Assembly: GCF_001194135.2 (NCBI RefSeq)
Contig: NC_068983.1
Span: 166,905,743 to 166,939,915 of the forward strand
Direction: 5' to 3'
Origin: Octopus bimaculoides
Taxonomy: Eukaryota
Length of the DNA stretch: 34,173 bases
A model generated the notes under the pieces. The model made no database searches. It was not told where the DNA came from and was given only the letters and a program-made list of their open reading frames with translations. This document shows, one piece after another, positions 1 through 13,188 of the stretch (position 1 is its first letter; each line of letters opens with the position of its first letter). Both the position numbers and the translations under genes were made by a program.

Positions 1-39
1 TCTCTCTCTTTCTCTCTCTGTGAAAGTATCTGTCACTAC

Positions 40-329
40 AGTATCGAAATGTGATTGTTTCAGTTAGTGGAATAGTTTCATTTTTAAAGTGAAAGTATTT
101 GACATGAGTGTTTTTGTTTCACTTTTGACACGTAATACTTAAATAGTGGATGAGATATTATGTTGCCGTGGGCTCGAACTCTGCAAGAAGTTAATAATTT
201 TTTTTGACTAAAACACAACTGGAACCCTAAGTAAGGCATGTGTAAAATTTGAATGAAATTGGTTGCGTAGTTCTCGAGTTTTAGGGATTCACACAGACAG
301 ACAGACATTCTCATTTATATATATATAGA
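40..329 (-). mobile_element. Non-autonomous Helitron-like element, 5' portion
   Basis: The minus strand reads A|TCTATATATATATAAATGAGAATGTCTGTCTGTCTGTGTG...AACTCGAGAACTACGCAACCAATTTCATTCAAATTT. This is a TC start after A, a (GTCT)n tract and the layout typical of invertebrate non-autonomous Helitrons. No 3' hairpin or CTAG end was identified. Confidence 0.4.
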
Positions 330-1527
330 TATGCAACTATTACAGTGTTGCTGCTGCTGAAGAGGAGGAGGAGGAGGAGGATTTAACAGCTGAAGTGGCA
401 ATGCCAATTACTGATTCACTTGTGTCATCTCAAAGGAGAGCGATCAGGAAGGTAAAGTTGACCAATGCCATGTAAATTGTATAGAAGATGGTCATCTCAG
501 TGCAGCCCTGCAACTTGTCAAACTGTCCAACCCATGCCAGCATGGCAAAATAGATGTTAAATGATGATAATAACGATGATGTATGTGTGTGTCCTATCCC
601 ATCACTGCTTGACAACCAGTGTTGGTTTGTTGACATCCCTTTAACTTAGCAGTTCAGCGTAAGAAACTGATAGAATAAATACAAGACTTAAAAAAGTAAG
701 ATGTGGGGTCGATTTATTCAGCTGAACCCTTTAAGGTAGTTCCCCAGGAAGGCCACAATCCGATGACTTAAACAAGTACAAGAAACAGTGAAGAGGTATC
801 GCAGAAGTGAAGTTCATTACAAGAAACATGTGAGGGTTGGTGAGAAGAAGGGCATTGAACTGGAGAAAATCTGCCCCAATGACTCCATCTGGCCCATGCA
901 GAGTGGATGTTGAAATAATAAGCAGGATGAAGATGATGATGATGAGTGAACATTTACAAATCTCTAGTCTTGGGCTGCAACTGGTGACATTTCTTGATAT
1001 TTTCTGTCAACAAATCTGTTGCTCTCACAGTGCTTTTTGAATTGAAAAAACAACAAAACCTTTACTTGAAAAACAAGAGTTTCCACCTATCAAACCCATT
1101 GACAAGGCTTTGACGAGCCCCGGGTGGCATGCAATGGAATTGAACCTGGAACCATGTAGCTGAGAACTTCTCAGCCACACAACCACAGTAAATTCAAGAG
1201 AGGAAAGGAAAGTGAAGATTATTTTTATTAATGACAGTCAGGTTCTGCACCAGTAGGCATTTTAAATGTCACATCAAAGCAGGCCAGAAAGAAAAAAGTT
1301 TTTATTTGGTGGACAATGGAAATTAGAGAAGGCTTTCAGGTTTCTTCACTGGACCAAGAAATCTCTCTAACAAAGTAATTTTTCACATGCTACTAGTTAG
1401 GGCAATAGCTACTTATTGCCAAAGATACAATTGATAAGCCATGAAAATAGGATTTAGAACAATATCAACTAGTTCTCACCTGACACAAACGTGATATAGC
1501 CAATACATTGTTGTTATTATTATTATT

Positions 1528-2524
1528 ACCTCTGCCTTAGCAAAGGTGGAGGTACTGTTTCCAGTCGTGTTTGTTTGTCCATGGACAAGATATCTCAAGA
1601 ACAGTTGGACAAATTCAGATAAAACTTTCAGGGATGTCTGGCTTTGTGACTGGCACAAACTGATTAGATTTTGGGATCAATCCGGTACCAGACAAGGATT
1701 CTGGATTATTTGTTATAATTACTTTACGATCTTACGTTGACTTTCAAGTCTTTCTCTGATTATCTCCCTTGAAAGTATGCTTATGGTTTTCCACGTAAGT
1801 TATGGTGGCATTGCTGTTTCTAAAGTCTTGTTTTCGTTTCTCTATTATCAATTTTACTCGCATCTCTATCTTAGTAGAAACTGATGGATAAAGAAATCAA
1901 ACTACATAAACAAACAACAGCAAAACCGTTCAGAAATTAAATAACACTAACATATTCAGTAACAATAATAAATTTAATTTATCCTCAACAATTTTTGATT
2001 TTACCAATTTTGAATATATTGCTCCTGTTTCAAACCTCTTACCTACTTGACGATTGCATTTCTAGCTCTGATTTGAAGGAAGCTTTACTTCTTGGACTCA
2101 GGCTTTTGTGCACAATGATGTTGTTAAACCTCTGTTAACAGCACCGTATGCAGGTCCTTTCCGTTTTCTTTCATGCACGGATAAATTTTTCACTGTAGAC
2201 CTTAATGGTCGTAAAAACACTATATCAGTGGAAAGACTANNNNNNNNNNGATAACACACACACACACAGCATTACAAACATGACCCAAACACCCACCTTC
2301 ACATTCCACGACTACCATTGGGATCGATCAGGTACCGGACAAGGATTCTGGATTATTTTTCTGGTTTTTTAAAATTAATTTTTGAGAGCAGTCAGGTTCA
2401 TTTTTTATTCTCGTGAGAACAGTTGAGTTTATTTCAGATAAACTCATTTTAAAAATCATCTCTGGCTAATCATTGAGAGGATGTTGGTGTTGCCTTGGCA
2501 GAAGTTTGCACTCTGTGAGTGCTC

Positions 2525-2529
<5 letters not shown>
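1528..2529 (+). mobile_element. DINE-1/HINE-like (Helentron-associated) non-autonomous element, interrupted
   Basis: 5' stem-loop ACCTCTGCCT-tagcaa-AGGTGGAGGT (1528-1553). 3' subterminal inverted repeat GGCAGAAGT (2497-2505) followed by hairpin GCACTC-tgt-GAGTGC (2508-2522). (TTA)n flanks both ends. An unrelated insert and an N gap lie inside. Confidence 0.6.
2096..2239 (+). pseudogene. Gypsy/Ty3 LTR retrotransposon integrase C-terminal (GPY/F) fragment
   Basis: Translates as TQAFVHNDVVKPLLTAPYAGPFRFLSCTDKFFTVDLNGRKNTISVERL, matching the PY.GPF...F.VD.NG...VS..RL pattern of the Gypsy GPY/F domain. It runs into the N gap at 2240. Confidence 0.7.
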
Positions 2530-2555
<26 letters not shown>

Positions 2556-3092
2556 AATATAAAAGCAATAAAAGCATTGTGGCAACTTTATTTAAAGACT
2601 GCAAAAGATTTAACTATGAGTTTTCAGGGAAGACAAAACAGAATATACAAATGATTATAGATATGAAACCCTGTATGATACAGGTCCTATATATGCAATA
2701 TAGAGAGCCGAAAAACTTTTGATTCCCTGAAATTATCTATTCAATTAAAAAACAAAAGCTTCTTCAAGTGTTTCAAATCTAGAAACAATAGAGAGAAGGG
2801 ACAACTCCAATAAAATCAATTGAAATGTTTGGAAATATACAAGTGACATTTTGAAGCAGAGCTGGTCTTTAAAGCCAACAGATGAAAGTAATGGATATGT
2901 TTGGGTCTTATTACACCTCCACAGCAAAGAATATTCTACTCAACTGGCAAAACTAAGAGTGATAAATATAAATGTGTATGTGTGCTTGTGTTTTTGTGTG
3001 GGTGCTTCTTTGTCTTGACATCACATGATAGTTGTAAAGGATTGTTGCTGTTATACAAGCACTATCATCATCCTCATTTAGCTTTCCATGCT

Positions 3093-5124
3093 GAAAAAGA
3101 AACATAATGGGAGTGACAAAAGAAGAGATCCATGGTGGAAAAGAAGAATCCAGGCAGGGTTAGCCATGCTCTCGAAGGAAATCTCTGTTTTAGACCGAAC
3201 ATAGAAAAGGGAGCTTAAAAGTGAACAAAAATACAGGAAGTATAATATTGAAAGAAAGGGCCTGAAAGTAGTAGTGGAGGAACTGAAACAGCGCCTCGTT
3301 GCAAAGAAAGCAAAGATGGTAAGATACGACCAAAGAATGAAGGGTTAGCACCAGAATAGGTTATTCAGAGTAGATCAGAAGAGATTCTATAAAGAAATAA
3401 ATGGAGGATGTACAAATGAAAAGTTGATACCAGATAACATTGGAAGTCAAAGGTTTTGGAGTGACATCGGGAGCAAAGACAAGGAGCACAAGAAGGATGC
3501 TAAATGATTGCAAGAACTGAAACAAACGGTAGTCTGTCCAAAACAGGCAGAACTAATCATTTCAGTTAGGGAAGTGAAGGAAATCAGCAAAAAAAAAAAA
3601 TGAACAACTGGAAGCCCCCGGGACCAGATGGAGTTCAAGGCTACTGGGATTAAAAGATTTGGTGAATGTCATGCACGAATAGCTGCGCAACTCAACACCT
3701 TGTTAAATGCCGACCAAGTAACACCAGAGTGGTTGACATTGGGTAGGACAGTGCTGTGCCTGAAAAACACCGAAAAAAGCAATACGGTAGACAATTACGG
3801 GACGATATCCTGTTTGCCACTTATGTGGAAGTTATTGACTGAAATACTCTCAGAGTCAATGTATGAACATCAAGAAAAAAATGGAGTCCTGCCACATGAG
3901 CAGAAGGGTTGCAAGTGTAATTGCAGAGGTACCAAGGATCAACTCCTGATAGATAAAACTGTACTCAGAGACTGCAAGAGGAGGAAAAGTAACTTAGCCA
4001 TGTCATGGATCAACTATCGTAAGGCGTACGATATGATCCCACATTCTTGGATTATGGAGTGTATAAACCTGTTTGGGATTGCATTGAGTGTTGAGCAATT
4101 ACTTGGAAAAAAGTATGGCAAATTGGAAGACGGACCTGACAGCATACGGAAAAAGTTTAGAGACAGTAGAAATTATGAGGGGCATGTTCCAAGGGGACTG
4201 CCTGTCCCCACTGATCTTTATACTGTACTTGATACCACTGACACTGATTCTGAGGAAAGCAAAAGCTGGGTATGTATTGAAAAGCCGCCAACAAAAAGTC
4301 AACCATTTGTTATTCATGGATGACCTCAAACTTTATGGTAAAGATGAAGCCCAAGTCAGTTCCCTCGTTGATACGGTGTATACCTTCAGTGCTGATATCA
4401 GAATGGAGTTCAGACTGAGAAAGTGTGGTGTGTTAGTATTGAATAGAGGCAAAATCAAATGTATGGATGGACTAATGATACTGTCAGGGGAGGTTATAAA
4501 GCAGATAGAAGAGACGGGCTATAAGTACTTGGGGATTTTGGAAATCATCATCATCATTTAATGTCCGCTTTCCTTGCTAGCATGGGTTGGATGATTTGAA
4601 TGAGTACCAGTGAACCGGATGGCTGCACCAGGCTCCAATCTGATCTGGCAGAGTTTCTACAGCTGGATGCCCTTCCTTACGCCAACCACTCGAGAGTGTA
4701 GTGGGTGCTTTTACATGCCACCAACATGAGGGCCAGTCACACGGTACTGGCAACGGCCATGCTCAAAATGGTGTTTTTTACATGCCACCTGCACAGGAGC
4801 CAATCCATCAGCACTGGCAACGACCTTGCTCGAATAATTTTCTAACATGCCACCGGCACAAATGCCAGACAGCTGCTCTGGCAATGATCACGCTTGGACG
4901 GTGCTGTTAGTGCTCTGATAAATTAATGGAGAAAGAAATGACAGAAAAATTTAAGGTGGAGTACTTACGCATACTGAGACGGATCCTTAAGTCGAAATTA
5001 AATGGACGGAATAAGATCGAAGCTGTCAACACCTGGGTGGTTTCACTCTTTAAATATGGAGTAGGGGTAATCGCATGGACAGTAGACGAACAGCTTAGAC
5101 AGAAAGACAAGGAAGTTGCTAACT
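3093..5124 (+). mobile_element. Degenerate non-LTR retrotransposon (R4/Dong-like clade), reverse transcriptase region, split by a SINE at 4546-4915
   Basis: Motifs in order: [116 protein letters not shown]. After the SINE it resumes with DKI/MEKEM...KLNGRNKIEAVNTW and LDRKTRKLLT. Several stops and frameshifts (near 3645, 4110 and 5090). Confidence 0.9.
4546..4915 (-). mobile_element. (ATG)n-tailed SINE/RTE-3'-end repeat nested in the R4-like LINE
   Basis: Begins with (CAT)n TTAATGTCCGCTTTCC...GATGCCCTTCCTTACGCCAACCAC, shared with many copies in the window. It contains about 65-70 bp internal tandem units. Confidence 0.85.
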
Positions 5125-5972
5125 AGATATAGGTGCCAGTCAACGAATTTGGTTATTCGTCCTAAACCAGGACTGCCATGTTATGTTGGCAAATAATCTT
5201 TACTACTGTTGCTGAATATCTCTCGTTGTGACATTTACAAATAGTAATTTTCTAAAACAGAATGTGTTGTGCATGCGTGAAATTATAGACCATAAAGTAT
5301 TTGGTCTGTCTCTTTTATCACCTGCACCATCTCCACTGTCACCATCATGATCATGATCCTCACTGTCAATGCTGCACCACCACCCCCAAGTGCCCCCCCC
5401 CCCACCACCCATACTCAATCCTATATCAATCACCTTTACATTGTAAAGGCTTTATAAACTTTCACAATACATTTTTGATGTTTCAGCAATGCCAATGTTT
5501 ACCAACTTGATTATGTATGTGTCAACAACAACAACAACAACAACAACGGCGCTAAGTTAAAAATCCATTCTGAAGTTTTGTCAACAGACGAAGAGCTGTG
5601 TTTAGGAAGGAAACAAAGAAACAAACAAACAACAAGCAAATAAGTTCTAGATAGTGAATTAGCCAAGACTAATCCATACAGAAATATTAAGCTTTAGTCT
5701 TTATTCAGAGATGTTCTGGCATAGAGTCACTACTTAGTAATTGCTTAGTTACAAGTTTACAAGATTGAGATTGTTAAATTCTAATTTATCTTTTCAAAGT
5801 GCGTGCGTACACACACACGCATAAACTAAGAAATTGATTTAGATGTGTGTGTGTGTGAGGCAGGCTAGATAAATACATACTTAGCACAACACAGAATGAA
5901 TTGATATTCGAAAATATAAGTAGATTGTTTGGCTCTTTCTACTTTTGCTTTTAAATGTATGTGTGAGCATGC

Positions 5973-6010
<38 letters not shown>

Positions 6011-6412
6011 TGTGCTCTCCCTCTCTCTTTCTCTCTCTCTCAATTCATTAGTATCAACCTCATAGGAAGACATACTACTTTGGCTTGCTTTTTGATTCAC
6101 ACAAATAAAGCCTTGTCACAACCTGAGATCTATTCGGACAAACAGAGCACAGCAGACATACATACAACCACCCCAACCACCACCAGCGTTTCATGCCCAC
6201 TTCTTCATGTTTGCACGGCTCAAATGCAATTTGCCGAGGCAGATTTTCTACAACTGGATGCATACACACACACACACACACGCCTATGTACATAAAGCTG
6301 TAGAAACCCTGCCAAAGCAGACATTGGAGCTTGGGGGAGCCCTCTGGCTTGTCTGCTCTTGTCAAACCCACCAACTCGTGCCAGCATGGAAAAGGGGGGC
6401 ATCAGATGATTT

Positions 6413-6453
<41 letters not shown>

Positions 6454-6589
6454 GTTCATCATCATCATTTAATGTCCACCTTCCATGCTAGCATGGGTGA
6501 TTATGTATGTGTGTGTATACACATACACATGGACTGCAACACAATCTCATGAGCTTTCAACGAAAGTAATCTGGATGTGTGGGTGTGTG

Positions 6590-6900
6590 TGACTCTAAGC
6601 ACTTGTGGACCTTATGAATCATAGGGCTCATAAGGGTCAGAAATTAATCCAGTTTCTATGGCATATAAATGATTGAGACTACAGCATTACCCCACTGGAT
6701 GGGATGCCAGTCCATCACAAGGTTAATTTCCCATCTACTGCTGGATATCATTCACAGTTGAGTGAACTGAGCAATGTGAAACGAAGTGTTTTGTTTAAGA
6801 ACACAAAACTCTACCAGTTCTGAGAACCAAAACCACAACATTATAATCACGAGTGCAAGACCCCAGCCATGAGGCCACGCATCTTCACTAACATACCATG
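6590..6900 (-). mobile_element. Old tRNA-derived SINE
   Basis: Degenerate tRNA-like head at the right end (...CCAGCCATGAGGCCACGC). The body shares the AGCAATGTGAAA..AAGTGT.TTG..CAAG.ACAC segment with the copy at 17285-17585. Confidence 0.5.
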
Positions 6901-7818
6901 GAGCATACAAATTAGTTGAAGATAACAAACTGTACTGATTGGTCTCCATTCTCGTGATATCATGTTAAATGATAATGTATTCCAATGAGAGTTTCATGGC
7001 TATTTCATAAATGATGGATTCTATTTTCTAGACATATTCATTATACAATTTTCAAAGGGAATTATATAAACAAGCATCTATCAATATAGACAGAATTGAT
7101 GCATAAAAAAATATATATCCATGGTAATATAAGAGCTTAATTAATAACAGCTCGTTAAACTCCAACACATTATTACATTACAGTCAATCCAAGTGGGACA
7201 GATTTATATGCTTCCAGCTAAAATGAGCTCAAAGAGCCACAATATTGAGCAGAATAAGCAGAAAAGCATAGATTTCATTTATGGTTTATGATTTCATTAT
7301 ACTCAACAACTGTTTCATTAGCAATGAATATCATCAATTTCGTGATTATGTAATTAAGACACATAATTTAAATTAATTTGAAAGCTATATTTATTAAAAT
7401 CATATAACTGCTAATGATATGGGTAAGCACAGCTTTTAAATTAACTAAATTAATTAGGTATCTTAATTATGTACCCAAAGAATTAATGATGTTTATGGCT
7501 AATGAAACAGCTGTTGAGCTTGATTAAATTACAAACTCTATGTAAGATTTATGCTTTTCTGACTTTTATTCTAAATAGACATCAAGGGATATCCATGCAA
7601 AAAGATCTGATGGTTAGACCAGTGGCATCTCTTTACAGAACCAACTGAAAAAAGAACAACTAGTTTCACTCGGTCATTAATGGCTTGTTTTTATTTATTT
7701 TCTTTGTTAGAGAGAGAGTGTGTATAACTTACAACTCCTTATGACAGTGCAGTGCTTTTACTTATTTGCATATGAGTAGAGCCAGTGCTACTGCTGCTTA
7801 TAAACTAAAATACTGAGG

Positions 7819-7854
<36 letters not shown>

Positions 7855-8599
7855 TGGATAAACTGTAAATAACTATTGAAAAGCATGAGTTAAATATTTC
7901 TAACAAACTGGTAACGACCTGGTGAAACTAGTCAAATGTCTTTTTCACTTGAGTCTACAAAGAGATCAGAACCCTAACAGTCCAACAACAGGGGTCATTT
8001 ATTTGTACAGTAACGTTATAGATCAGCTAATTAAATTGCATGCAGGTAAATTTATTTTACACACAGATTGAATTGACATCAAAAGAACGATGATGACAAC
8101 GATGATGGAAGTGAAGAAGATGATTTATGATAAGAAGGATTTGACATTTTGAGTGGGGCTGGTGGTTGAAAATGCATAATTGGTGACCCAAAACATTTTA
8201 AAATCTCCATTATACAATAATGGAGCCAGTAAAATTAACAATCCCAATAATTTGTTAAAACAATAATCAAACTAATAGACATAGTAATTTCTATAATAAA
8301 TTAACAAATGATGATCCAATCTACACAACTGAGGCAGTTATTTAATGAAAATTGCCATCTGTGTATCATACATAATGTATACACATTACCAATAGGACAG
8401 TTGTTACTGCCTGGGTTATTCAATTTTTCCTGTATCAGAGACAAAGAATTCTCCTCTAAGCTTGTGGAGGTTCAGGGTCAAAAGAGCCAAAGATTATTGG
8501 ATGCCATCTGAAAACATCAGTTCCTCCTGGCCCAGACCCCATTCACCTTGGTTAATGGAAAAGAAGCCCCTTCTTCTCGGTGTTATCAATAACAAAAAA

Positions 8600-8810
8600 A
8601 GGTGGCAAGCTGGCAGAATCGTTAGCAGAATCGTTAGCAGAATCGTTAGCGTGCCACACAAAATACTTAGCAGCATTTCATCTCTCTTTAGATTCTGAGT
8701 TTCATCCTTTCAGGGTCAATAAAATAAGAACCATTTGATCACTGAGGTTGAGGTCATTGACTTAGCCCCACCCTTACCCTAAAATTGCTGGCCTAGTACT
8801 AAAATTTGAA
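8600..8810 (+). mobile_element. tRNA-derived SINE with a triplicated 12-bp head segment
   Basis: GCTGGCAGAATCGTTAGC head and CCTTTCATCCTTTC.GGGTC.ATAAA body, homologous to 20655-20880. GCAGAATCGTTA occurs three times at 8613-8648. Confidence 0.7.
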
Positions 8811-9539
8811 ACCAATAAAACTAACAAAAGGTCAAAATGGTTTTCCCCATTGCAGCTGCTGGGATAAATTTTTTGTCTTTAACTCCATCCAGTCCATAAG
8901 AGTTATCTCTGGACAAGTACTGCAGCAACTGGCCTATCAACTGTTTACATACATTAAATATGATACATAGATGGGCTATTTTAATATAGAATGGGGCTAA
9001 TTAATAAGATAGGAAAACATGACAACACAGTACTCATTGTAGAGAGTCTGGCTTATAAATGTATTAGCTGGAATTTGTCTCAATGAAATTTTAATTGTTT
9101 AAGCAGTGAGACACAAGTCTTAAGAACTGAGATGGCAGCAAAACTTGACCATTAAGAGGGCATTAGACATCCACAAGAGCACACTTTGAAACACTTTTTC
9201 AAGAGGCTCTGAAAGTGTGCTGCTATCAAATCTTCTAAATGTCACACAAACGAGTTGGCACAGCAGCAAGTTGGTAGCAAATATTTTGTTACTTAAGTAT
9301 GAATGCAAATCTGATACATTAGAAATGAAACAATGTCAACAAAAAGACAAAAACACTTAAAGAATTTAGTCTAAAGGAACATTTTTCTGATTCTTACTTA
9401 ATAATTGTGTGTGTGTGTGTGTATGTGTGTGTGTGTGTAAACAGAATGAAGACAACACAGAAGAAACAAAATTTGCCAAATAAGCTTAACACTTCAACTC
9501 TTTTGATATCAAGTTCTATGATAAAATTTAAGTAAAGGA

Positions 9540-9895
9540 TTCTAACAAAACAATTCCACCAGAATTTATATTCCAAACACCATCAAAATAATGACAGGTT
9601 ATTTCAGTAAATTCTTCATTATTTAAAAAATTTGTTGAAACAAAATTAGTTTCAACAGAAATATAGCAACAAAAAGGTTAAACATTGCATGACTTGATCA
9701 GCCGACACAAGTTCTGTAAGTCACTGGTGAATATCTCTGGTTCTATGAGAAAAGCTTCCAACAAAATTTCATGTTGATTTATGTTGCAAACACCAGTTTA
9801 ACAATAACAAAATTGCATCAATAAATCTGTCATTGTTTTCAAAATTAATTAAAACAGAGGCAGTCTATTTCAACCGAAATATGGTAATGAAAAGA
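9540..9895 (-). repeat. Two adjacent copies of an approximately 170-bp dispersed repeat beginning TTAACCCTTTTGTTAC
   Basis: The copies at about 9540-9685 and 9750-9895 align by eye with copies at about 13330-13460(+), 17820-17980(-), 23488-24160(+, split), 30795/32364-32520(+, split) and 33420-33584(-). Confidence 0.7.
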
Positions 9896-12829
9896 GAAAG
9901 TGTCTTAATGTTTCATTCGTTAGGCACTAATGAATGAAATGACAGTTCATATTTAGCCATGATATACTACGATGGGTAACAAGAAAAGCACCTGGAATAT
10001 TGTCGTTCATTGAGATTCCAAGACAGATAAAGGAAATGTTAGAAATATGGGGAAATACTATAAAATTCTACAACATCGATATTGATGGAACAGTCAGGCG
10101 AAACTATTGCCCGATACCCATTTGGAGCAAAGCAGCCGATTTATAGACACGATACCAGCCGGGATGAAACCAGTTAATACATATATATACATGGTACCTT
10201 TTAAGACCCCCTATTTAATTAGAGGTGAAAAATGAACTCTGATAAACAATGAGTCCAAGTTCTATTCATAACAAGCAGGTATGGCCCTCTCGATGTGTGA
10301 CAAACATGTCTTTAAAGAAAACACCAGTAGAAAGTGCAGCAAAAACCTCTCACTTTCCCTATTCTTTACAAACATTTCAACAGCAAACTTATGCCATAGA
10401 CTGATCCAAATCAGAATGGTAAATTAAAAGAATGGTTAAAATATTATCCACATGAAGACACTCTTGCCTCCCTCCCCACCTAACTTCACTAGTGCCATAC
10501 CAATGAACATGTAGAATAGGGGAGGGGGGTTGCCACACCCTGCGTTACTTTGTGCTTCCTGAAAGGCAGAGTACATGGCTTGCATCAGCCCTTTTTATGG
10601 TGTGTGGGTGGGGTGGGTTAGAATGGCTGAGTGATTAAGGTTATGGAGTAATTGGATGAATTAATGATTTGGTCGTTTCACAAGAAAAAAAAACCCAAAA
10701 TAATACAGGCAAGTGGGTGGGTGGGTTCAAAATAGTGTTTGTAGAAATTGAAGTAAAAAAACTATTTAAGATAATGTCAACAGGAAAATGACAATGGCAA
10801 CAACAACAAGGCAGAAACAATAACAATGTCATTATTATAACAACATTGAAAAAAAAAAGAAAGAAAAAAAAAACCCTAACAATTTTCTGGTTGTAAACAA
10901 GCAAAACTATTCATTATGTTTGTTTGATTTGAAACAAGCTGGCTTATCCTCTAAACTCCTGCAGGAGGAGAACAATGGTAGATTTAGGTAGAAGACAAGT
11001 AGGTCACAAGAACTGGTTTCATACAAGTGTTGAAGATAGGAGGAGGAAGAGGAGGAGGAGGAGATCAAAGAAGAACAAGTCATTCAATAAACACTGATGG
11101 CACAGATTAATGAGTTTTTAATTGCAAACAAATCCTCAACAAATCAGGTAATGGTAAGGAAAATGTTTGAGAAGAAAGAAACGGGTCCAATCAACTGAAG
11201 GCAGCAAATAAGGTTTTGCTTAGTGCACTACCACCATCACCATCATCATCATCACTACCACCATCACCTTCATCATCATCACTATTACCACCACCACCAG
11301 TCATCGTTGTCATTTTAATGTCTACTTTTCCCATGCTCTCATGGATCAGATGGAATTTGTAGAGGTAGATTGTCTACAGCCAGGTGCCCTTCCTGTTGCC
11401 AACTCTCACCTGTTTCGAAAGCAAGGTAGTAATATTTTCCCCATGGCCAGACATGTTTCCCATGGAAGATTGGAAATAAGCAGTATTACTTATTTGACAT
11501 TGGTGCTTGTTTACAGCTATCACATTTTAGTCAACACAAGGGCACACACATACACATATTATACACACACACACACGCACGCACGCACATATATATGATG
11601 GGCTTCTTTCAGCTTCCATTTATCAAATCCACTCACAAGGCTTTGGTCATCCCTCCCTAGGTGCTCCGCAGTGGGACTGAACCCAAGACCACAGTGATTG
11701 AGAAGCAAGCTTTCTTGGTCACATCCCTACATCAGATTGTATCACATGGCTATAAGCATCCACTTTGCAGTGTCTTTGGAGAATAAGAAAACACATTAAC
11801 ACCATCATCACCCAAAACATTGGAAAGGAAAAAAAAAAAAAACTGAGATCACAAAGAAGGATGGAAGGAAGCCATTGCGTGTTTGTTAAGTACTTCTACA
11901 AATTCCGTTTACAAACACGTGTGTGGAGAGGAGCTTGCACATGTGAAAATACACACACACATGTACACACACACACACACACACATGTCTTTGTTTTAAC
12001 AAATAGGAACTTTCATTCCAAGAAATTTCTGGCACCAGAAAACAAACACAAGTCTGTCAGTGTGAGTTAATATTTAGACAAACCCAGCCCCAAACTGTGT
12101 GAGTGAGTCAATAACAGCTGCACAACACAGGTATTTTCCAGTGCAAGGAAATGTTCTCACCCGCACATACACTTATTAAAGACAGAGAGAGACATCTGTT
12201 CACTTCGATGCATACATGTGCAGACACATACAGGCGAAACAGACATAATGAAATATTGCAGAAAGAGAGAGTGAGATGCAGATATTTACACCAGTGGTAG
12301 ATACAAATATATCAATTCCATGCAGTGAAATTTTATTGTCTCTAAGATTCAGTCTTTACCTAAACATATGAACTGGAGTCTAAGGTTTTATACATCATCA
12401 TCATCATCTAACGTCCGTTGTCCATGCTGGTATGGGTTGGACAGTCTGACCGAGCTGGCATGCTGGAAGGCTGCGCCAGACTCCAGTCTGATTTGGCAGG
12501 GTTTTCTATGGCTGGATGCCCTTCCTAATGCCAACCACTTCGAAAGAATTAAACAAGTCAAACAAAATGCTATCAGGTAACCCAAATGAATCACAGGGAA
12601 TTTAACCAATTTAATGACCAGCTCACCTTAAGATTGTCCTTAGTTCTGTGATACAAACTTCCCGTTTTTAACTGATCTAAATTAAAGCATTCTATCATAA
12701 TTTCAGGCTCAAGGGTATTTCAATAGGCGTGTGGTAACAAACGGGTTAAATCCTAAACCTTAAAACAGTATAATCCGGCCTAATATACTGGCCACCTCCC
12801 CAGAAAGAAATCAAATGGATAGAATAGAC

Positions 12830-13188
12830 CAGCAGTTTGCAACTGGGGTCCATGCAAGCAAAACAGTGAAGTGGGGGTCCATGCTAATATTTTGCAGGTC
12901 CACGAAAAGATTTGTTGCAAGAAACAGGTTTCTTTCTCAAATGTTTTACAGAATTCAACATGTTTCTGGCCAAAGAGTTAGCTTTTTTTGCCAACCTGTT
13001 TAAAGGAATGAGTGAAAAAAGGGAATTTTGGAAGAAGGATCTATAAAACTAGTTTTTAAACATTGAGTGATTAGTGGGGTTCGCCAGAACAGAAGAGTTA
13101 TCAAAGGGGTCATCGTCGTCGTCCAGTGCCGTCACTGCCACCACCACCATTTAACGTGCCAGAGATAAAAAATGGTTGAGAACCATTG
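12830..13188. mobile_element. hAT (Charlie-like) MITE
   Basis: Degenerate TIRs CAGCAGTTTGCAAC (12830) and GTTGAGAACCATTG (ending 13188). The 8-bp flanks GAATAGAC and TGATAGAC match at 6/8 and have a central TA. Confidence 0.55.
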
